DNA of 59,887 bases from Candidatus Enterousia sp. (GTDB lineage Bacteria > Pseudomonadota > Alphaproteobacteria > Rs-D84): positions 1-59,887 of the forward strand of contig JAZLHA010000005.1 of the NCBI GenBank assembly GCA_045616625.1. Reading direction: 5' to 3'. The notes under the pieces are model-generated. The model saw nothing but the letters and a program-made list of their open reading frames with translations. It searched no databases and had not been told where the DNA came from. Numbering within the stretch: position 1 is the stretch's first letter; the number at the start of each line of letters is the position of its first letter. Below, piece by piece: positions 50,592 to 59,782 of the stretch. A program made the translations under genes and the position numbers.

Positions 50592-50885
50592 TTAATGTGA
50601 CAATCTAACATCGTCAAATTCAGAATATCTGTTGAACATAGCGCGTGCAAAAGGGCAAAGTGGCATAATTTTTTTATTTTGATTGCGTGCTAAATCTGCA
50701 ACGCAACGAAGTAAATTCAGCCCGATTTGCAGATGCCTATAATTTTCAATAACAGCGGTGTGGTCTATTATTATTTTATTCGTACCTGTTTTCGCAAAGG
50801 TTATTTCGCCGATATGTTGTCCATATACTTCGGCGACAAAGCCCAGTCCGTCTGGATATATAGTATATTGAATTTGGTATGCCAT
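50592..50885 (-). CDS. YjdJ-like GNAT acetyltransferase
   Basis: IIIDHTAV..G..L..A..KIMPLCPFA. Confidence 0.85.
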   Translation of the reverse strand: MAYQIQYTIYPDGLGFVAEVYGQHIGEITFAKTGTNKIIIDHTAVIENYRHLQIGLNLLRCVADLARNQNKKIMPLCPFARAMFNRYSEFDDVRLSH

Positions 50886-50952
50886 ATAATCCACCCTTTG
50901 TTATAGAATAAATTATATAACATTATTTGCGAATAGTTATAAGATTGAATTA

Positions 50953-51885
50953 CTATTCTATCGGTCTATCTATTATCTTAAAATTGCGTTTAATAATGCG
51001 TGAACTTTCGCGTAAGCTAGAGGATTCATCAGATGTCATTTTTGGCATCAGTGTTGCAACAATACCATTTGATGAAACGATACGCGGTAAAGATATAGCG
51101 ATATTTTTTTCAACAATACTAACTGTTAAAATTTTATGTTCGTCATTTATAATGCAACGCATCAAATCAGAAACTGCGGCGGCAATACCGTCCCATGTTG
51201 CACCACGTCCCTGAATAATTTCGTATGCCGCCCGATGAACGCGGTGTAAAATAGTATTTTTTGCGGCCTGGGTTAACGGCGTTTTTGTTTGTTTTGCAAA
51301 ATCATTTAATGCCAACGAACCGATTGTTGCAGATGACCAATTTATCATACTTGAATCACCATGTTCCCCCAACACATACGCGTTTACCGATTGTGTTGAT
51401 ACATCAAAATGCCGTGCGAGTAAAGTCCGCAACCGCGCCGAATCAAGCATTGTTCCCGTTCCAATAACGCGACTAGCCGGCAGACCAGACAACTTTTGTG
51501 CCAGCATAACCATCGCATCCAACGGATTTGTCACAATAACCAAGATAACTTTTTTAGAATCAACATTTGCCATAACGCGCGGAACAATATCAGAAATAAC
51601 ATTTGCGTTGGCGGTGACCAGTTCTGAACGTGGTTGTCCCGGTTTTTGATTTGCACCGGCCGATATAATAACAATATCAGAACCGCGTATTCCGCGATAA
51701 TTACTGACCGCGGAAATTTTAACATCGCGATCAAATGCAGATGCGTGACCCAAATCTTCGGCGGCGGCACGTGCGCGAACACCGTCACGATCAAATAAAA
51801 CAATTTCGTTAATTAACCCCGTAGATTTCACCGCGGTTGCAACCGCAGAACCAACCGTTCCAATACCAATTATTGCGACTTTCAT
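50953..51885 (-). CDS. ldh: L-lactate dehydrogenase
   Basis: GIGTVG, AGANQKPG (Gln specificity residue), VTNPLD, LDSARL, GEHGDS. Confidence 0.9.
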   Translation of the reverse strand: MKVAIIGIGTVGSAVATAVKSTGLINEIVLFDRDGVRARAAAEDLGHASAFDRDVKISAVSNYRGIRGSDIVIISAGANQKPGQPRSELVTANANVISDIVPRVMANVDSKKVILVIVTNPLDAMVMLAQKLSGLPASRVIGTGTMLDSARLRTLLARHFDVSTQSVNAYVLGEHGDSSMINWSSATIGSLALNDFAKQTKTPLTQAAKNTILHRVHRAAYEIIQGRGATWDGIAAAVSDLMRCIINDEHKILTVSIVEKNIAISLPRIVSSNGIVATLMPKMTSDESSSLRESSRIIKRNFKIIDRPIE

Positions 51886-52084
51886 ATTTCCATCCTTTTT
51901 ACAATAGTATATCACAAAAAACAGATGTTTTCATTTCATATTTGAACATTTTGGCGATTCGTATGTAAAAACACTTTTTGTAAATTTGCTCGTAAAATAA
52001 GTGTTTATATCAACTTATACTAGATATGATTTTAGTTGTGAGAATAAATGACTATAATGCAAATACACACAAAAGGATGAACAT

Positions 52085-52315
52085 ATGTTGCATGAAAAAG
52101 TATGGCACGCCATAGATAAATTGGCAGAATCAAAAAATATAACATGTTCTGGACTTGCGCGATTGAGTGGTCTGGACGCGACAGTATTTAACAAAAGTAA
52201 ACGGTTTTCGCCATTGGGGCAACCGCGGTGGCTTTCCACCGAAACAATAGCCAAAGTATTGGTTGCAACGCACACAACAATCAGACAATTTGTTGAACTT
52301 TTTTACAAGAAATAA
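52085..52315 (+). CDS. stand-alone XRE/Cro-type HTH protein
   Basis: WHAIDKLAE..SGLARLSGLDATVFNKSKR...RWLSTETIAKVL, the N-domain of alphaproteobacterial HTH-S24 repressors, without the S24 domain. Confidence 0.8.
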   Translation: MLHEKVWHAIDKLAESKNITCSGLARLSGLDATVFNKSKRFSPLGQPRWLSTETIAKVLVATHTTIRQFVELFYKK

Positions 52316-52332
52316 CAAAACCGATTTTTTTA

Positions 52333-52362
52333 TTGCGCACCGAAAATATATTTTGCTACACT
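52333..52362 (+). promoter_or_regulatory. candidate promoter (TTGCGC-18-TACACT, extended TG)
   Basis: Directly upstream of the structured leader. Confidence 0.5.
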
Positions 52363-52368
52363 CTGAAA

Positions 52369-52543
52369 TGACAACAGGTGTTCTGTTGTTGGGCTTAAGA
52401 ACCCTTTGTAGTGCGTCAATAAAAAGACGAAAAATACCTCAGCCAATTGGTTGGGGTGTGCAGAATATAAAGAATAATGCACGCAATTCACTACAATTGT
52501 TCTTAAACCCCAACCACCTAAATTTTATTTAGGTGATTTTTTT
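52369..52543 (+). ncRNA. structured leader/attenuator RNA with intrinsic terminator
   Basis: Long-range helices 52388-52402/52499-52514 and 52406-52413/52489-52496, three internal hairpins, terminator 52515-52543. Confidence 0.6.
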
Positions 52544-52563
52544 ATAACCAATGGGGGGTAATT

Positions 52564-53460
52564 TTGCGGCGCTTTTTATGCGTATTTTGTATGCTGTTTC
52601 CATTATCTGTATCCGCCACAGATACTTGCCCCGCTGGTTATTACCCCGCCGAATATGTTGAATTGGAATATATAAAAAGCACCGGAACACAGTGGATTGA
52701 TTTTAATTACCGTATTTCTGCTGGTATTTCATTCAAAGCAATTGTAGAAGTAGAAATTAAAAGTGGCGGTGTTTATTCTTTTTATCAAGATTGGTCTGGT
52801 AATTTTATTTTATTAGATTCAAATGGAATAAGAATAGGTGGTACATCAACTCAATATATGCCTTATGATGGTACAAGAAAAAGATTGGTTTTAAATATGG
52901 AATCTGATGGGGTGCATTGTTCATTGACTGATGGTGTAAATACTATTCAGTTTACAAAACCAGTAGCTCGATATCCATACTCATCAGAGTCTTATATCAA
53001 TACAATTGGTCGTGTATATGATAAAATGGGACAAGCAATTTATTATCGTATACAACAATTTGAAGATGGTATTAAAGTTCGTGATTTTATCCCCGTCCGA
53101 AGAATATCCGATGGTGCGGTTGGTATGTATGATATGGTTGAGGATAAATTTTATGGAAATGATGGTACGGGTGAATTTATCGCTGGACCAGTTGTTGGCG
53201 ACACCCAAACAACACAACATCATATTTGTGTATCGTGTCCCGCAAATACCTATAAACCAAATACTGGGAATGAAAGTTGCACAAAATGTCCGACGGGGAC
53301 ATTTTCACCGATTGGATCAACGCAACTAAGCGATTGTGCCAAGATTCTGCGTGTAAAAGATTATGTTGTTTATATGCCATTGGGCAAACGGACCGAACAT
53401 GGTTTATGTGTAATGTCGGACGGTAAAAAATACTGCGCTGATGTTTACGAACGACAATAA
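52564..53460 (+). CDS. secreted protein with beta-rich (lectin-like) domain and ephrin-receptor/GCC2-GCC3-like Cys repeat
   Basis: Signal peptide, CPAGYY, EYIKSTGTQWID, CVSCPANTYK...CTKCPTGTFS...SDC. Confidence 0.75.
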   Translation: MRRFLCVFCMLFPLSVSATDTCPAGYYPAEYVELEYIKSTGTQWIDFNYRISAGISFKAIVEVEIKSGGVYSFYQDWSGNFILLDSNGIRIGGTSTQYMPYDGTRKRLVLNMESDGVHCSLTDGVNTIQFTKPVARYPYSSESYINTIGRVYDKMGQAIYYRIQQFEDGIKVRDFIPVRRISDGAVGMYDMVEDKFYGNDGTGEFIAGPVVGDTQTTQHHICVSCPANTYKPNTGNESCTKCPTGTFSPIGSTQLSDCAKILRVKDYVVYMPLGKRTEHGLCVMSDGKKYCADVYERQ

Positions 53461-53485
53461 AAAAAGAGGGAACACATCCCTCTTT

Positions 53486-54484
53486 TTATATCAATTTTCC
53501 AATTGCGACAGCGGTGTCACACATACGGTTTGAAAATCCCCATTCGTTGTCATACCATGCCGTCACATGAATCAGGTGCTCATCTATTACTTTTGTTTGT
53601 GCAGCATCCAAAATAGAACTGTGTGCATCGTGCGTAAAGTCAATGGATACAAGTGGCTTGTCATTATACGCAAATATATCTGACTGTGCGCGTTTCATAA
53701 TTTTATTTACCGCATCAGCGTTTGTTTTCTTTTCTACATTTACAACCAATTCAACAACCGAAACATCTGGTGTTGGAACGCGAATCGCAATACCGTCCAA
53801 TTTGCCGTCCAGTTTTGGTAATACCAAACCAATTGCCTTGGCGGCGCCGGTACTGGTTGGAATCATTGACAATCCGGCGGCACGTGCACGACGTGGATCC
53901 TTGTGTGTTTTATCCAATAATTGTTGATCGCCAGTATATGAATGAACCGTTGTCATCCAGCCGTCAATAATACCAAAAGCATCATCAAGTATTTTTACAA
54001 CCGGGGCCAAACAATTCGTTGTGCAAGATGCGTTTGAAATTATTTTATGTGATTTTTTTAAGGTATCTTGGTTTACACCATAAACAATTGTTGCGTCCGC
54101 GCCCACCGATGGTGCAGATACCAGTACGCGTTTTGCGCCGGCGGTCAAATGCACGCGTGCCTTGTCCGCAGATGTGAATAGACCCGTACATTCCATAACA
54201 ACATCCACCCCTAATTTTTTCCATGGTAATTTTGATGGGTCGCGTTCAGCCAAACATTTTATTTTCTGTTTTCCTGCAACAATATATTCGCCGGAAATTT
54301 TGACATCCATTGGCAATTTATCGTGCACAGAATCATACTGTAATAAATAAGCATTTTGGTCAATTGGTGCCAAATCATTTATAGCAACAAATTCAATATC
54401 TTTGCGACCTGATTCCAAAGCGGCACGCAATACCATACGACCAATACGACCAAAGCCGTTTATAGCAACTTTTACTTTTGACAT
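53486..54484 (-). CDS. gap: glyceraldehyde-3-phosphate dehydrogenase
   Basis: INGFGRIGR, SNASCTTNCL, WYDNEWG. Confidence 0.98.
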   Translation of the reverse strand: MSKVKVAINGFGRIGRMVLRAALESGRKDIEFVAINDLAPIDQNAYLLQYDSVHDKLPMDVKISGEYIVAGKQKIKCLAERDPSKLPWKKLGVDVVMECTGLFTSADKARVHLTAGAKRVLVSAPSVGADATIVYGVNQDTLKKSHKIISNASCTTNCLAPVVKILDDAFGIIDGWMTTVHSYTGDQQLLDKTHKDPRRARAAGLSMIPTSTGAAKAIGLVLPKLDGKLDGIAIRVPTPDVSVVELVVNVEKKTNADAVNKIMKRAQSDIFAYNDKPLVSIDFTHDAHSSILDAAQTKVIDEHLIHVTAWYDNEWGFSNRMCDTAVAIGKLI

Positions 54485-54569
54485 ATTCCTATCCTTTATT
54501 TATATACGCTTATTTTATCACGATTTTATTATACTTGCAAATGGGACAGCGCGGTTTATAATCCGTATT

Positions 54570-55451
54570 ATGCATACACAATCTTATATTATTACTGGAC
54601 CGACCGCATCTGGCAAATCTGATTTTGCCCATCGTTTAGCGCTACAAAAAAACGGCATAATTATAAATTGCGATAGTGTCCAGATTTATAAGGGTATTGA
54701 AAGCATTTCAGCGAGTCCGTTTGTCGGTCGCGACACTACCGATGAAATAGATGGTATAGAATATCGCTTGTTTTCAATTTTATCGTTAGACGAACAAATT
54801 AGTGTTGTTGATTATTTGCATTTGGCAAAACAAGAATATGACAGGGCTATTTCGTTAAACAAAACACCAATTTTTGTTGGTGGAACGGGGTATTATATAA
54901 ACGCACTGGTAAACGGTATTTCACAAATGCCAGATGTGTCCGATGAAAATCGTGCGCGTGCGCGTGATTTGGTTGCGTCTGATATTATATCCGCCCGTGC
55001 AATGTTGCCAGATGATTTTAAGGCAACTGACCCGCAACGTGTTGCGCGCGCACTGGAAGTATTCTTTGAAACAGGAAAACATATTACTGAATTTCAAAAC
55101 CTGCCACGTGTTGGTATGGTTGCGCCGAATGCGACCAAGATTTTAATAAATCCGCCATTGGATGTTTTGCATAATCGTATTGCAGAGCGCATTCCAAAAA
55201 TGATTGAGCAGGGCGCATTACAAGAGGCTGAAAATATCATTGCGTCAAATTGGAATCCTGAACGTGCAATTGGCGCGGTGCAAATAGTTGATTATATTTC
55301 TGGCAAAATAAGTTTTGATGAATGTATAAAAAATTGGATTGTAAAAACAAACCAATATGCAAAACGGCAAAGAACTTGGTTCAGGACACAGTTCTCTGCT
55401 GATTATGTAATTGACAATTTACCATCAGATTCAGATATATTAAATTGTTGA
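54570..55451 (+). CDS. miaA: tRNA dimethylallyltransferase
   Basis: GPTASGKS, DSVQIY, VGGTGYY, YAKRQRTWFR. Confidence 0.95.
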   Translation: MHTQSYIITGPTASGKSDFAHRLALQKNGIIINCDSVQIYKGIESISASPFVGRDTTDEIDGIEYRLFSILSLDEQISVVDYLHLAKQEYDRAISLNKTPIFVGGTGYYINALVNGISQMPDVSDENRARARDLVASDIISARAMLPDDFKATDPQRVARALEVFFETGKHITEFQNLPRVGMVAPNATKILINPPLDVLHNRIAERIPKMIEQGALQEAENIIASNWNPERAIGAVQIVDYISGKISFDECIKNWIVKTNQYAKRQRTWFRTQFSADYVIDNLPSDSDILNC

Positions 55452-55482
55452 AAATTTTACATAAAATGTTTATGGTTTGCTT

Positions 55483-57675
55483 ATGTTTAGCGCAGGAACC
55501 ATTGTCAAAGTTTTAATACCAAATGTAGTAAATAGTGGTTATGATTACCGCCTGAATAGTGATGCGCGCCTTGGTCAATTTGTTGCGGTCACCGTCATGA
55601 ATCGCAAATATATTGGCGTGATTGTTGGTGTGGGTGATAGTGGCCTGGATGAAAACAAAATCAAAAATGTTATAGAGGTTTATGCGTGCGGTTTATCGCC
55701 TGATGATTTAAGTTGGATTTATCGTATGGCTGAATGGACACTAATGGCACCGGGTGCGGTATTGCGTTTGATTGTTAATGTCCCTGATGCTTTTTTGCCA
55801 CCGCGCGCAGAACAATTATTCAACTTTAATTTTGATGCACATGTTCGCATGACTGATAATCGTCAGATGGTTGCAGATGCATTTTCATCCAATGATAACG
55901 ATGTGATGTCAGTGCCCGACATAAAAAATATCGCGCATGTTTCGTCAAGCGTTATAAATACAATGATAAAAAACGGAACTTTGGTTCCTGTTTGCTTGCG
56001 TGAAAAAAATGCTGATGAATTTGTTTATAAATATTTTGATACGGGTAATGTTAAATTAAATACCGAACAACAAAATGCCGCGAACGAAATTGCAAATGCA
56101 TTGAAATCTGGTGGTTTTTCGGCGTATTTGTTGGACGGCATAACGGGTTCCGGCAAGACCCAGGTTTATTTTGATTCTGTGTTGCGTGCATATAACAATG
56201 GTAAATCAGTTTTGTTGATGATGCCTGAAATTGCATTGACTGCGCAATTTATGAATAGGTTTAAATCGCGCTTTGGTGCGAATCCTGTTGTGTGGCACAG
56301 TAATTTAACCGCGGCTCGCCGGCGTGAAATTTGGCGTGGTGTTGCAAATGGAAAAATTCGTATTGTTGTCGGAACGCGCAGTGCGTTGTTTTTGCCATGG
56401 CAAAATTTAGGTTTAATCGTTGTGGACGAAGAACACGATACTTCATATAAACAGGAAGATATGGGAAATTATCATGCGCGCGATATGGCGGTTCTGCGTG
56501 CCAAGATTTCTAAATTCCCGATAGTATTGGCATCCGCAACCCCATCCGAAGAAACCCTGCAAAATGTTGCGCTTGGTAAATACAAACAGTTGAAATTGAC
56601 ATCGCGTTTTGGTGGTGCACAATTACCAACAATTTCAACAATTGATTTGCGTGAGAACCGACCAACCGAATATACGGTGAATTCGGAAAGTGTCGCCGGC
56701 AATTTATCAGAACCGTTGTGTGATGCAATTGGTGAAACTATTTCAGCCGGACAACAGGTTATGCTGTTTATAAATCGTCGTGGTTTTGCCCCAATTGTTC
56801 AGTGTAAAAAATGTGGCTTTGTTGCACAGTGTCCTGATTGTTCTGTGGGTATGACTTATCATAAAAGACTTGGTAAATTATTATGTCACATGTGTGGTCG
56901 CACAATGGAAATGCCAAAAAAGTGTCCTGAATGTGGTAATGAATTTTCTATGCGTGGGGCGGGACTTGAAAAAATACAGCAAGAGGTTAACGCGCGTTTC
57001 CCAACTGCACGAACTGCATTGGTGTCCAGTGATACGATTATGACGCGTCAAACATTGGAACGCATTGTTGATAAAATGGAAAACGGTGAAATAGATATTG
57101 TTATCGGAACACAGATATTGGCCAAGGGACATCATTTTCCAAATTTGACTTTGGTTGGTGTGGTGGATGCAGATATGGGATTGTTTGGAACAGACTTTCG
57201 CGCCGCAGAACACACTTTCCAGCAATTGTTTCAGGTCGCGGGCAGGGCTGGTCGTGGCGAAATACCGGGGCGCGTTTTAATGCAAACTTATCAGCCTGAT
57301 AATGATGTGTTAAATGCGATTTGTGCCGGCAATAGGGATAGTTTTATAAATGCAGATATGGCATCACGTCGGGCCGCCAAAATGCCACCATTTGGAAATT
57401 TGATTGCGGTTATTATAGAGGTGCAAAAAGAAGATGTATTAAAAAAATATGCATCTGCGCTGGCGAATTCTGCGCCGAAATTAAACGGTGCAAAAATTAT
57501 GGGGCCGATTGCTGCACAAATATATCAGGTTCGGAATTGGTATCGTATGCGATTTTTGGTCGCTGGTGATGTAAAGTCTGATTTACAAAGTGTTGTTAAA
57601 ACATGGTTGTCATGTGTAAAACAACCCGTAAATATCAGGGTCAAAATTGATGTCGGCCCAGTGAATTTTATGTAA
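55483..57675 (+). CDS. priA: primosomal protein N'
   Basis: GITGSGKT, DEEH, two CxxC pairs, GTQILAKGHHFP, QVAGRAGR. Confidence 0.97.
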   Translation: MFSAGTIVKVLIPNVVNSGYDYRLNSDARLGQFVAVTVMNRKYIGVIVGVGDSGLDENKIKNVIEVYACGLSPDDLSWIYRMAEWTLMAPGAVLRLIVNVPDAFLPPRAEQLFNFNFDAHVRMTDNRQMVADAFSSNDNDVMSVPDIKNIAHVSSSVINTMIKNGTLVPVCLREKNADEFVYKYFDTGNVKLNTEQQNAANEIANALKSGGFSAYLLDGITGSGKTQVYFDSVLRAYNNGKSVLLMMPEIALTAQFMNRFKSRFGANPVVWHSNLTAARRREIWRGVANGKIRIVVGTRSALFLPWQNLGLIVVDEEHDTSYKQEDMGNYHARDMAVLRAKISKFPIVLASATPSEETLQNVALGKYKQLKLTSRFGGAQLPTISTIDLRENRPTEYTVNSESVAGNLSEPLCDAIGETISAGQQVMLFINRRGFAPIVQCKKCGFVAQCPDCSVGMTYHKRLGKLLCHMCGRTMEMPKKCPECGNEFSMRGAGLEKIQQEVNARFPTARTALVSSDTIMTRQTLERIVDKMENGEIDIVIGTQILAKGHHFPNLTLVGVVDADMGLFGTDFRAAEHTFQQLFQVAGRAGRGEIPGRVLMQTYQPDNDVLNAICAGNRDSFINADMASRRAAKMPPFGNLIAVIIEVQKEDVLKKYASALANSAPKLNGAKIMGPIAAQIYQVRNWYRMRFLVAGDVKSDLQSVVKTWLSCVKQPVNIRVKIDVGPVNFM

Positions 57676-58635
57676 TTACACTACTTCGGTGACGGCACGC
57701 AGGGAACCATCGCGGGCGAGTTGCACAACGCGAATTTTCTTTTTCATTTCTTGTATTAAATCTGTGCGGTCGTATGCAGGTTGCGTGTGTAAAATGCGGT
57801 CAGCAAATGCGGCGTATGCGGCTTCGGCACTTTCGGCATGAATTGTTGTATAGAAATGGTCGTGACCTGTCCCCAGCATTTCCCACAAAACCGCGGCATT
57901 ATCAGTTGAAATTTCACCACCGATTATTACATCGGGTGTCATACGCACAACCAAATCCAACAGGCGTGCATAGTTAAATTCGTTGCTTTGTTCTGTGCGG
58001 GACAAAACAAAGTGAACACGATTCGCTTGTGGAACGTGGATTTCGCGCGCATCTTCAACGGTAATAACGCGACTATTTTGGTCAATCTGTTTTAACATGT
58101 GGTTCAGGAAAGTCGTTTTTCCGGTTGCAGTTGCACCGCTTATTAAAATAGGACTGCCATCATTTATTGCGGACATCAACCTTTCGTATGGGTCGTCTGG
58201 GCGTTCTTTTTTACGCTTTTTGACTTTTAATAAATCTTTACCTTTGACCAGGTGATAGTTTTCGAAACTAGTTTCTGGTGCGTTTCCACCACGAATATTC
58301 ATTGCGACACCACCTGTCACATCATTGTCATCGTATTGAACATTTGGCCCCGCAATTGCAGAAAAACGATGACTGCCGGGCAGGGTGGCATAAACCACCG
58401 GCACACCATGTGTTGGATTAAATGGCAATTCATAAATGTTTGCAATTGTATGAATCAGGTCAACTAAGTATTGTTTAGTTAAGTGTGGTGCAGGATATGA
58501 AACCCAAGGCACGCGTGCACCATGCAGTCGCATCCATACCTCGCCTGCGTGATTTATAGCAATTTCTTCTACAAACTCGGGCTTGTAAAATTCTTCCAAT
58601 GGTTTTAATAAAGAATCAAGAACTACATTTGACAT
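57676..58635 (-). CDS. virB11: VirB11/CpaF-family secretion ATPase
   Basis: Walker A SGATATGKTT, Asp box TVEDARE, RMTPDVIIGGE, His box GH..TTIHAES. Confidence 0.88.
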   Translation of the reverse strand: MSNVVLDSLLKPLEEFYKPEFVEEIAINHAGEVWMRLHGARVPWVSYPAPHLTKQYLVDLIHTIANIYELPFNPTHGVPVVYATLPGSHRFSAIAGPNVQYDDNDVTGGVAMNIRGGNAPETSFENYHLVKGKDLLKVKKRKKERPDDPYERLMSAINDGSPILISGATATGKTTFLNHMLKQIDQNSRVITVEDAREIHVPQANRVHFVLSRTEQSNEFNYARLLDLVVRMTPDVIIGGEISTDNAAVLWEMLGTGHDHFYTTIHAESAEAAYAAFADRILHTQPAYDRTDLIQEMKKKIRVVQLARDGSLRAVTEVV

Positions 58636-58719
58636 CAATATCATTTTATCACAAATCCCTGCTTGAATCAAAATAGTTTATTTGGTAAAATTAAAATAAA
58701 TTTGAAAAGAGAGATAATC

Positions 58720-59271
58720 ATGACTAAAAAAATTTTTGTTGCATTGGCATCTATGTTTTTACTTGCTGCGTGTGGAGTGGCTTATAATGAATCTGATTTT
58801 GCAAATGGTGGTGATGATGCGCCATTGTATAATGAACGTACGGCTCAATTCATAAATGCTAACAATGAATACGCTGATATCGATTCGCATAAACCAATCA
58901 GGGGTGCGGATATGGAAGCACAAAACGAGAAATGGAATACATCGCGTATGGAAACCCATTGGCAGGAATACAAGGGAACAATGGTTCGTGTTCAGATTTT
59001 ATTGGGTGATACCGATGTTCGTGAAATGCGCTTGCGCTTGATGCAGAATGCCGACGGAATGGATGTTGATGGTGATGCACGCACCATTTTGGACAAGGTT
59101 GCAGATTACGAAATGAAACGTGTTTGCGGTCGAAATGCTGATAACATTGCAGTGATTTACGACAATCCATCTTTTGATGTTATGCGTCCAACACCGTATT
59201 TTGATTACAGAATAGAATCAGCCGGTTCAACAATGCGTGAATACGGATTCCGTTGCGTTTATAATAAATAA
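58720..59271 (+). CDS. hypothetical lipoprotein
   Basis: Lipobox LAAC after MTKKIF signal peptide. Confidence 0.75.
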   Translation: MTKKIFVALASMFLLAACGVAYNESDFANGGDDAPLYNERTAQFINANNEYADIDSHKPIRGADMEAQNEKWNTSRMETHWQEYKGTMVRVQILLGDTDVREMRLRLMQNADGMDVDGDARTILDKVADYEMKRVCGRNADNIAVIYDNPSFDVMRPTPYFDYRIESAGSTMREYGFRCVYNK

Positions 59272-59285
59272 GAAAGGAGAAATAA

Positions 59286-59615
59286 ATGAAAAAAATAGCA
59301 ATCATTTTAGGTGTCTGTGGAACATTTATGTTGGGTGCATGTGGCAACAATGATGTTGCGAAACTTGGCGATACTGTAATAATTGATTTTGCAGGTTTTG
59401 ATGAAAATGGTGTTCAGTTTGATGGTGGTACCGCAACCGGATATCCATTAAAATTGGGTAGTGGTCAATTTGTTCCAGGGTTTGAAGAACAATTGGTTGG
59501 TGCAAAAATCGGTGAAAGTCGTGATGTAAATATAACATTCCCAAAACAATATGTTCCTGCATTGGCGGGCAAGGATGTCGTGTTTAAGGTGACCGTGACC
59601 GATATTGTGAAATAA
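59286..59615 (+). CDS. FKBP-type PPIase lipoprotein (trigger-factor-like FKBP domain)
   Basis: Lipobox LGAC; GDTVIIDFAG..FDGG..LGSGQFVPGFEEQL..FP..Y..LAGK. Confidence 0.88.
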   Translation: MKKIAIILGVCGTFMLGACGNNDVAKLGDTVIIDFAGFDENGVQFDGGTATGYPLKLGSGQFVPGFEEQLVGAKIGESRDVNITFPKQYVPALAGKDVVFKVTVTDIVK

Positions 59616-59674
59616 AGAATAATATAAAACAACACCCATTTGGGTGTTTTTTTATGTCGCACTTACTCACCTTT

Positions 59675-59716
59675 GTCATTGCGAACGAAGTGAAGCAATC
59701 CAGTCATAATAATGAC
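59675..59716. repeat. RPE/REP-like repeat, left arm
   Basis: GTCATTGCGAACGAAGTGAAGCAATCCAGT...AATGAC; shares 20 nt with the window start. Confidence 0.6.
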
Positions 59717-59782
59717 AAAGAAGAGTAATTCAGGTATTTATTGCTTTAAATATAGTAAAATCAAATAATTATAATACCTAAC

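Noticed and set aside
52369-52543. 6S RNA, SRP RNA or retron msr-msd identity for the structured leader
   Set aside because: It is a branched fold rather than a rod with a central bubble, lacks the SRP loop motif, and has no reverse transcriptase nearby.
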